Shown here: piece by piece, positions 12,416-64,000 of the stretch | Numbering within the stretch: position 1 is the first letter of the stretch | Layout: every line of letters starts with the position of its first letter | Assembly (NCBI RefSeq): GCF_004010195.1 | Contig: NC_057719.1 | Span: 11,910,002-11,974,001 of the forward strand | Source of the DNA: Chiloscyllium plagiosum | Taxonomy: Eukaryota | Reading direction: 5' to 3' | DNA length: 64,000 nucleotides | Position numbers and translations under genes: made by a program | Notes under the pieces: generated by a model | What the model saw: the letters and a program-made list of their open reading frames with translations, nothing else | Told to the model about the DNA's origin: nothing | The model's database searches: none

Positions 12416-14723
12416 GTCCGCTATTTTGTTTTAGGTAAATAAGGGATGTTGATTACATTTCAAAATCTTTACTTTAATGACTCTGGGAACAGTAGGGCTC
12501 TATTTCCAGCACGCTGCTCAGAGAGGTATAACAGGAAGAACACTAATCAGAAAATAAAGTATCAGCATTTCTGCTTTTATATAAGAGCTGAAAAACTAGC
12601 ACTCTTAGAGCGCAAAAAAAATGGAATAAACATAGTTGGTGACTGATGTTACAGACAATGCACGGGGATGGCCCAAGACAAGTGTAGCTGCAAGCTGCAG
12701 TGAAATATAGCCAAGGCCTTAGTACTATAAAGGTTCATACATTATGGGTAAACATGGACAAGAGGAGCTGAATGGTTCCCTTCTGTAGTGCATCATTTCT
12801 ATGGTTAGGCATGGCATATAGAACTAGATGCAAAGAAACACTTATTCCCAAATGTTTCAGAGTACCAAGCTGGATTCTAAAAGTTTATTTTTGAAATGAA
12901 AGGAACATTTATATAAACAAGTTATATCACATTCTAACCACAACTCCCTCAGTCGCATCATGTGTACCATCTACAAGATACACTGCAGAATTTCACCTAA
13001 GATCCTTAGGCAGCACCTTCCAAACTCTAAATCACTTCCAATTAGAAGAATAAGCACACCACCACCTGCAAGTCTAGGTGGGAATGGTCAGAGGGTCGGT
13101 GTAAACTCAATGGGCCAAATGGCCTCCTTGTGCACTGGAGGGCTTCTATAAGAGGGTAATACTGAGAACAATAGCCCTTCACTAGAATTTTGAGTCAACC
13201 ATATTTAAAGTTGACTAAAAGTGAATTAGTTGTGTGTACTTTGTTGTGACCACCCTGAGAGAATACAAAATGGGTTGGTACAAGTTGAAACTTGCATTTC
13301 ACAACCTCAGTATTTTTCAAAGCATCTCATAAAAATGTGGTCATTGGTGTAATGTAGGTAACAGGGTAAAGACGACAGTAACCAGAATGACTGTGTAAAT
13401 TGGGCATGCTCTTACTTGGGAGAGTTGTTGTTCTTTACTCTTCCATGAGAATTGTACATCATGAACCAATCAAGCATTTTTAAAAAAGTTTTCAAAAGAG
13501 GTGGTGACAGCTGACTTCCACCCAGCAAGAGTTAAGGTGGGGAGAGAGAATATGATTGTTGCTTAGGTTCTAAAGGGACAAAATCATGAAGAAACTCCAA
13601 ACTGAATTCACTGCACCTACAGAAGCAGTAGAACTGAAGAAAACTATCCAAGCTTGAAGGTATAAAGAAAGTTCTTGTGAGCAAGTGAGCAATCTCTGTA
13701 TCTAGCCGAGTCCCGCAGAAGTAATAGGACTGATTTGTTCAAAAAGGTAGCATGCATAAATCAGCTGTGATAGCAGCGCCTCTTCACGAGGGGATCAGGT
13801 GCATTTGAGTGAAATCTATTTCCCATGAGGTTGATAAAGCAACTCACATCTGGATTCATTATGGACTAACTGAGATTGGCCAAAAACTAATAGGAAATTA
13901 ATTGCTGGGGAATAATGGAGGTGATAGCAATGTAAAATATTGCCTCTTTCAGGGAAGAACAAAACTAAAGGCCATCAAGGTAATCATAAAAAAATTCAGA
14001 AAAAAAACTAAGCAGCTAAATGGTGATAATATAGAACAATCTAAAATAGAGGCAACCGTTGAAGAAATGATATGATATTTTGTCTATTACAAGAAATTAA
14101 AACTAAGTAGACAAGCCAATGGGGAGGGGGGAATAGACTGTTACAATGCCAGATTTATATGAGAAAAAATATATAAACTTATACATGAAGTATAAATACT
14201 GGAATGGATTGTTTTAGGCCAAATAGTCTATTTTTTGGGATCAGACTCTATAAAACCTGTTGCATCATGTACAAGTTATTAAAGGACAAAAGATAGATTT
14301 TATCTTTGTCTTGCAACTACCATGTTCCCAATTAGTTTTTGTTTGACCTCTAATGCATGACAAGAGCTTCAAAGTACAACTGTGGCCCCCCTGGTGGTAG
14401 TGAATAAAAAGTACAGTGGACCTTTTCATTCCCTTGATTAACCTTCACACTGCTTAAAAGAAAAATGCAGCTTCTACTTCAGCCAGTCAGAACAGCAAAG
14501 AGACTTGTCTGCCTACATTAAAACAGATCTCAAAAGTGTAAAAACACAATGAACAAGCTTCCAGGAATCTCAAGGTACAGCATGTGAGCACCAGATTGAA
14601 AACATTTAGTCCTATTTCAGAATGGGACAAGTTCAAACAATTCTAAATCATAAAATACAATGGATTATGTTCTATAGGTAAACTCTTACCTGGAAGAAAA
14701 AGGAATTATTAGTTTGTAATGGT

Positions 14724-15015
14724 TTAGATTCCCTACAGTGTGAAAACAGACCCTTTGGCCCAACAAGTCCACATCGACCCTCCAAGGAGTAACCCACCCA
14801 GACCCATTCCCTTCTGACTAATGCATCTAACACTATGGTCAATTCAGCACAGCCAACACACTTGACCTCCACATCGTTGGACTGTGGGAAGAAACCCACA
14901 AAGACATGGGGAGAACATGCAAATTCCACACAGACCATCGCCTGAGGCTGGAATTGAACCAGGGTCCCTGGCACTGAGGGGCAACAGTGCGAACCACTGA
15001 GCTACTGTGCCACCC
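14724..15015 (-). mobile_element. HE1-type V-SINE
   Basis: Reverse-complement match to 10770-11071. Confidence 0.88.
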
Positions 15016-15928
15016 CAGAATCTATTTAAAAATATAGATTCTGGCAAACTCTATTGTAACTGAAATACCAAGAACTCGAGATGCTTATATTCAGTCATAA
15101 GAAATCACAAGACTGCATAACAAAATAGATTCAAACACTAAGCAGAGAGAGTTTAACACTGATGAGCAGGATGTACTGTAATTCATCCATCTATGGAAAT
15201 CCTGGACTTGAGTGAAAATGAATTGTCCACCCATTTTTAAAATATGGACACTGTAGTGTCTACAGACAGCAGACAAATTTATAATTTGGACACTGCTTGT
15301 TGTGAATCTGAATGAAATACTGATGCATCTTAGCAGTCTACAGCAGATGGCTTCAACAAAATGTTACGGTGTGATTTAATTCAGGTGTTTAAAATTAAGG
15401 ATTGATAATATGAAGGTGGTGAAATGGTTTCCACTGGCTCAAGAGGTGGTAGCCACAGGGGACAGGTTTAAGCTAATTGGTAGAAGTGTATGGCAAGAGC
15501 TGGTAAACTCGACACAGGAGTTTGTAGGCTGTCAAGCAATGCCTCAATTGCAGATTCAATGGTCATTTGTAAGAGAAATGAATAAAAACATGAAAAACCT
15601 GCAGAGCAATGGGGAAAGACTATGGCATGGGATTTTCAAACAGGCAGCACAAGGTTATGAAGGTTGACAAAGTATTTGGAAATTTGGGTTCTACCTTGGA
15701 TAGAACTATGTCAAGAGCAACGCGTTTTTGTATCATGTTTTAAGAGGGGAAAATATGGTCTTAGTTCCACTTTCAGTGTGGAGAGTTATTTAGAAACATT
15801 TTTACATTCACATGCATGACTTTTTAAAACTCCTAGAATTAAACAGTTCAGTCCTTTGGAAGACAGACAGACAGAAAAGAGTTATTTAGAAAACAACGAC
15901 AATGCCAGTGAGGTTCCTTTCAGAGAGA

Positions 15929-16015
15929 GATGGAAATGTGTTGCTGGAAAAGCGCAGCAGGTCAGGCAGCATCTAGGGAACAGGAGAATCGACGTTTCGG
16001 GCATTAGCCCTTCAG
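15929..16015 (-). mobile_element. Short Penelope-terminus fragment
   Basis: Matches 1640-1722; flanked by ttcagagaga repeats at 15919 and 16011. Confidence 0.8.
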
Positions 16016-16517
16016 AGAGAAGCAGGTCATTCAGAGAAAAAGGTCTGTAATAGTAGCTGTGCAGTTTAAGTTTCTAAACAGATACGTTAGGAAATAAAAA
16101 CAACCTGAATGACTTAAGAAAAAAAGGCCAGAAAAATAATGGTGTGGAGGGGAGTTTATGGAACCATGTTAAGAATACACCAGCTCTCTTAGCAGCTTGT
16201 TTAGTTAATGCCTATTTAAAGGGAAAGCATCAAGTGAAATCAAAGTTTGACAAAAATAAATCAATTAAAGGCAACTCCTTAGAGAGGAGTCATACTGGAG
16301 TCAAAACATGAAATATTCTCTCCATAAAATGCTGCCAGACCTATTCATTTACTCTATTTTCTGTGTAGTTTCAGATTTCCAACATCTGCAGTATTTTACT
16401 TTTATTTGATTTGAAGATAGTTTGACGCATCCGGTACAGAACACTCAGTCTTCAGCTTAGTATAGAATAAAGTCCCCACCTTGTTTCCTTTGAAGGTGTG
16501 TCATAACTGAAGTATAG

Positions 16518-16645
16518 GAGGAAGTGAGGTCTGCAGATGCTAGAGATCAGAGTCGAATGTATGTTGTGGGAAAAGCACAGGTCAGGCAGCATCAGAGAAG
16601 CAGGAGAATCGATGTTTCGGGTCGGAGCCCTTCATCAGGAATGAG
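16518..16645 (-). mobile_element. Solo Penelope terminus with TSD
   Basis: TSD cataactgaagt(a/g)tag at 16502-16517 and 16646-16661. Confidence 0.85.
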
Positions 16646-16895
16646 CATAACTGAAGTGTAGAAGATCCTCGACAAGGTAAATGTAGAAAAGTTTGTTTTA
16701 GCTAATAACCAAGTCCAGAAATATTTCAAAATTAGGGGTCACCCTGTTCAGGTGAATGATAAGAATTTTTTCCACAAGCATTTTGAAAATTTGATACATT
16801 GCTTAAAAATGATGGAAACTGTCACTGAACATTTTTAAAGCAATAGTGAAAAGACTCATTAGGCACAGGAAACAAATGTTAATAGGGAATGTGAA

Positions 16896-17205
16896 TTAGA
16901 TTACATTACAGTGTGGAAACAGGCCCGTTGGCCCAAGTCCACAACGACCCGCCGAAGCGCAACCCACCCATACCCCTACATTTTACCCCTATACCTAACA
17001 CCTAACACTGCGGGCAATTTAGCATGGCCAATTCACCTGACCTGCACATCTTTGGACTCTGGGAGGAAACCGGAACACCCGGAGGAAACCCACGCAGACA
17101 TGGGGAGAACGTGCAAACTCCACACAGTCTCCTGAGGCAGGAATTGAACCCAGGTCTCTGGCGCTGTGAGGCAGCAGTGCTAACCACTGTGCCACCGTGC
17201 CGCCC
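16896..17205 (-). mobile_element. HE1-type V-SINE
   Basis: Reverse-complement match to 10770-11071. Confidence 0.9.
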
Positions 17206-17654
17206 CTATGTGAATGTTAATGTGGAACTCCAAATACAGTAGCCATAATACTATTGAATGATGAGATACACTCAAGGTGCAAAACAGCCCACTTCTGCTC
17301 TAATAGTTGTTATAATGACTTTAAACATAATTATATCAAAATGGAAAATATTCCAAATTCAGTGGAATTAGGCAAATGAGAAACACCGCTTCCAGTTATA
17401 GTAATACAACGTTGATAAACTCCAACACAATTTAAGCCAGATGAAGCATGCCTGAATTAGTCACTGTCCAAACACAGAAATGACAGGAATTAAAATGCAT
17501 ATAAGCAAGATTCCCCAAACATCAGTTTACTGTGTTGTATTTCTTTTATAGTACTGGACTTGTGTGCGGACCTAGAGTTTGTGTTCAAATCTCTAGAATA
17601 GGGCTTAAATCCACAAACTCACCCAAATAAGCCATGCTTGACACTACTGAATAT

Positions 17655-17706
17655 TGAACGCAAAACACGTCACACAATTTTGTGCTGCATTTTTATTTTC
17701 TTTATT
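17655..17706 (-). promoter_or_regulatory. Candidate cleavage/polyadenylation signal
   Basis: AATAAA at 17706-17701 and 17697-17692, followed by GU-rich TGTGTGACGTGTTTTGCG. Confidence 0.6.
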
Positions 17707-20700
17707 TTAAATGAAGAAATACATCTCTATACAAAATAGCTTCTGAAAATTACTAGTGTACAGACACTATGAAAAAAACAGAACTCCATCTGTGAGCCGC
17801 AGAGTACAGCCTGCGAAAGCAACAGTTAAACTGTGAGGAAGGGAAAACTATGACGAGTTCACCAACAGTGAAAAAATAAAATAGTTTAGCACTCATCTTG
17901 GCAGAATGATGTTGTATTCACATAGAAGCTTTTCCAATTCTTGCTTGTCCACAAATAACCCACCCAATCACAATTTGTGACAGTTTGATTTCACAGTCAG
18001 GCAGGTAAACAAACGTTTTGATTCCTGAAGAGTGACAACTGTGAAACCTTTTGATGTTTAAAAACTTTGATTCATTAAAAGCCAGTTAATGATTACCCTG
18101 CTAAATGGGAACAGGTCAGTCCAGCACCAATTCATTCAAATGAAATTTTTTTTTTAAAACGCTGGTTTATAGAAAGAACTGTTTCACAACCATTATTCAT
18201 GCAGTGTGGCAATGGAACCATCAGCAGACAAAAGCATTCAAAACAGAAGCAACACGTACAAAGGTTTCATTAAACATAGTTGGCTTAAACACACTGAAAC
18301 AGAGCACTCATGAAAGCCTGGGCAGATATTATATCTAGCACCATTGAAAACTTCCATATAATTTGTTGCTGCTATATTAAAAGGACCCAGTGTTACCAAA
18401 TTTAATAGGCAATCCGCCATCTGGTCACCTACTGCAAACCTAAAAATGGGTTGTCATCAGCACATACAAGAAATATTCTCGTTATCCAGGAAAGGCAGAT
18501 ATATAACTAATATTTTCTTAGTAGGAATGTTTGGAAAAAATGTTGAAGTTATTTGGCCTGGGTTGGGGAGTATAGAAAGAGTTCCATTCGGCTCTATTTT
18601 AAATGCATCCAAAAGGGAGCAAACTTAAAAAGTATGTTATTAATGAATGGAAAGGGTAAATCAACCTTCTCCAATATCAATATATAAATCAGCAAGTACG
18701 AAAACTCGGTTCCTGGACCAGGCAATGCAAACACACATATACATTGGAACTGCCATTCGTAACTCAAATGGCTGGGGGGCGGGGGGGGGGGGGGGGGGAT
18801 GCATCAACTAAACTGCAAAATATTTCTCCCTGTTATATGCTGTATATCTTAGTTGTGTTTAAAGTGTTTCCTCCTCAACCCAATTTCGAAGAATATTGGC
18901 AATAAAATTCATTGTGTCCCCCAAAGCCTTAAAAATTGGCTTTACATAAAATGCATGGCAAAAAGTAACCCAAACCAGACATTATATATAGTACAGTCAA
19001 CTATGCAAACACTTTCAAGGTCAGAGTATACATTTCATTTCTCCCATCTAAAATTTGGAAAATTTCCTCTCTACTACAGACATGCAATTATTTCCTTGGA
19101 TGGGAAAGGCCAGGATCAATATTTTTCCTTCCAATGCTCTGAAGCAAGAAACCTCTGGATTTATTCTGTGTAAAACCCATTCAAAAGAATGGTTCCAATC
19201 TCTGCAATGGCAAAACTTCCATAACCTTTAACAGTTTGTTGCTAAAAAATCAAAACCATTCTAGTTCCCAGGACAATGATGAAAGAAAGACAAAGAATTG
19301 AGGAACTCCATTTCACTGGAAGAGGGAATTGCAACTCTCGTTATCCTTCTCCATACTTTTCTTTCTAACAGACATATTGAAAAGGAATAAAACCTCAAAT
19401 TTTTCTTTAAATGGTTAGCACTTTTTTAAAACATGCAAGCAGAATAATTTTGAAGCTGAAGTTGAAGAGTTGGTCAGTAGACATATCCAATAATTTGATA
19501 TCCAAACTTGTGAAAGCAAGGCACTCAAACTGCAAGCACATCTGCTTCCGGTGGAGCCGACATTGGTGTTCACCACTTAAGTTTTAATGGTTTTTTCCCA
19601 TTTTCCCTCGAGAGTCAAATATTTTGCTTTATTATGCATATCATACGTATCAAAATGTGGAAAAATCAGAAATTTACATGACAGCACAATTAAAAGTGAA
19701 AGCCTGGAACTTTCGGGGACATCCTCTTCAGAAAGGATTTGATAAGACGATTTGTTAACAGTCTTTTACCACTTGCAGTACACCCAAAATTAAAATACTT
19801 GAAAATAAACTCCTGTAAAACTTAACAGTGAGGACAGCCATTTGAATTTATGTATTTTACAAAGATACATAGTTAGCTGTACGAGAGGGAGTCAACCACC
19901 TCAAATCAGAAATATTTCCTTGGTAGGAAAAAATACAGGTTGTCGAAAGGACAAGGGAGAAATGAAGCATGTACACTTTATCTAAAAAGTTATTTCAAAT
20001 GAAGCTCTGTTCTTTTTCAAATTTCAACAGGTCAGTTAGCAGATCCAATGCCCATACTACAAACTAATAGAATTTGAAAATTTCAACTGTTCAGCTCATG
20101 GTAAAGTTTTAGACTGTCTGCAATGTTGTGTTTTGGAAGAGCATTTGGGAAACAAACAATTTAAATCTAATAAATTAAAACTATAAAATACAATCGGTAT
20201 GTTTGGAAGGACTTTCCCATTGCCAACAAGTTTACAATGTCACAATGCAACAGATGAAAAAAACTGAGAAATTGTTTAAATTTATGCAAGCACAATTCAC
20301 AGAGGAAATCCTCTGCTATCTCATTAAAAATTCAATGACTGAAGTTATACAATGGACTGCCACAAAATACTGATCCCTATCCACCAGTAGCTGATATGCC
20401 TGATTTAGTTCTGGCTCTAAGTGAAATGGTCACGGACTGAGCCAACAGCCTGTTCATATTAACAAGCTCAAGTTCAAACACGGCAACATTTGAATCACGT
20501 TCTTTTTCTACATTTTCCTTTAAATAAACGCACATGATTGATTTACAGAACCTGCTTGCCCAGCACAGAAAGTAGCTCCATAATTTTGGTTCCGTAAGCA
20601 AGCACTAGCTGGACTGACCAAAAGGTTATGTAAAACTTATCATTTCTGACCTGGTTGAATGCATTAAATCTAAGGAAGAGTTTGCTTTTCAATCATGTTG

Positions 20701-22267
20701 CCAGATCATGCAGATCTCAGGTTGTCATAACACATCCCAAATCATAAAAGCAGCAATAAGATATTTCATCATTTAATTTGGTGGCAAAAGTGTACATTAG
20801 TTGGCTCGTTGTACAGAGATTAAGTTACTTGACATCACATACCTGGAGAATATTCATTTCACACATCTGTTCTAGAGGGATTGAGAAGTGACATATAGTG
20901 GAGGACCAGCAAACTAAAAAGTGCTTTTGCATTGATCCAAAGGAGGTTTTAGTTTTAAAATGTATTGCTAATAGTAGCATTTATGGAAAGGAACTGACTT
21001 GCTTGTGTACTGGGGATATTTGAATGAAAAGTGTTAGCCCAATGAGAATGCTGATTTTCCAGGGTCAAATGGATTAATGTAGACAAAGGTGAAAGACAAA
21101 CACCAGTTTCTTGGTTAAACAAGAGGGGACACATGCTTCAGGGATGCATAACAGCCATGCAGTTTGCAAACCCATGAGCCATGCAGAGCACAAAAGCCTG
21201 CTTTTCCCAAGCAGGAGCAAATCACTATGGAGTTTCATTCAATGTAAATACAGATGAGTTCAATCAATGTCAAATATGGATGAGTTTTACATGGTATTTC
21301 AAATTGACAAGGAACTGGTAAAGCAGTGACTCATCTCAGTGGCAGCAGATATTAAATTCCACCCACTAAGACTTGATTTGAAATCAACTCCAAAAGGAAA
21401 CATCCAGTGTCCAAATATGACATCCACCATCCTAAATTTAGCAGAAGCAAAATAAGTCCCAAACAGTCCCTGATAGTGGCATAAACAGGAATTAAATAGT
21501 CAAATGAATATCTAATTTGTCAAGAAAGCAGCACAAAAACAATGGAAGCAATTGGGGAAAAAAAACTCAGAAGCTACCGCCCCCTTTCCAGGTCGTACGA
21601 TGCCCCAGAAACAAAGTTCCGAATTTTTAGTTGCTACTAGGAAAAGAAATAGGGGGATGATATAGAATAAGTGCCCTGAAATCAATAACAGCATGGTCTG
21701 TTGCAAGAATCCATCAATATTAAATGTCTCTCAATACCATCACTAACCTAAATTCACAAATAATGCCCATATGACTAAACAATTGGTCAACAAAAAAATT
21801 AAAAACCTTTTCACAATTGCAAGGGCGTTTAAGAGCAAAGATAATAGGAAAAGAAAAAAGGTTTTCAGAAAAAGTTTCAACTAACGTAACTGTTGCCAAC
21901 ACATTAGCAGTACTCCGCCATGATGCACTCTCTGCATGACCAGTCAGTCCGCAGTGCATCGTTTTTACTGGTTGAGTTCTACTAGACTCCAGATTCAACA
22001 ATGATCAAGTCTTATAGGACATGTTTTTAAAAAAAATCTACAGCCTTTATCGTCCAACTTCACCATATATCACAATCACCTGCGTTCAAAAAACTTTTAA
22101 AATTTTTCCATGGAGGAAGCTGTAGCCAGTGATCAGATGACTCTTCCGGTAGATGTTTTGTTTCCATGTATATGCGCATCTATGTCTATGTCTGTGTTTG
22201 TGTCTGTCTCTGTCTTTGTCTGTCCTGGTTATTTTTGATTTCTATGGCCCCGGGAGTGGTAGCAGGT
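17675..22267 (-). other. PAPOLA: Putative long 3' UTR of PAPOLA (about 4.6 kb)
   Basis: Follows the stop codon; no recognisable transposon copies over the span; ends at twin AATAAA. Confidence 0.6.
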
Positions 22268-63945
<41,678 letters not shown>

Positions 63946-64000
63946 TTAAAAACATACAGAATCCTTTTTAGCATAGAGTGCAAGGGTAAAGTATGTCAGT

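Noticed and set aside
15986..16642. Hammerheads downstream of the poly(A) site acting as transcription-termination cleavage elements
   Set aside because: One lacks the CUGANGA box through truncation; the other has GAAACAUC, which breaks the ACGU palindrome

Overview
Vertebrate, almost certainly shark (elasmobranch), genomic DNA, inferred from multiple HE1/V-SINE copies plus CR1 and Penelope families typical of sharks. It has two N gaps. The minus strand carries the 3' two-thirds of a canonical poly(A) polymerase alpha gene (PAPOLA). I could splice 15 coding exons by hand (63941 to 22268; all GT-AG, one continuous frame, 1592 nt ending ...KNSIKLRLNR*). A roughly 4.6 kb transposon-free putative 3' UTR follows, ending at twin AATAAA signals near 17.7 kb. 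The gene's 5' end lies beyond the window. The rest is retroelement debris: CR1, L1, Tx1-like, RTE-like, SINEs and Penelope-like elements. The most notable signal is a set of short Penelope-derived, often fold-back insertions with 12-16 bp target-site duplications. They carry minimal hammerhead-ribozyme cores with compensatory changes between families, and several lie in sense orientation inside the PAPOLA pre-mRNA. There are also candidate alternative 3' ends and exons of PAPOLA. Nearly all entries in the ORF track are spurious or repeat-derived.
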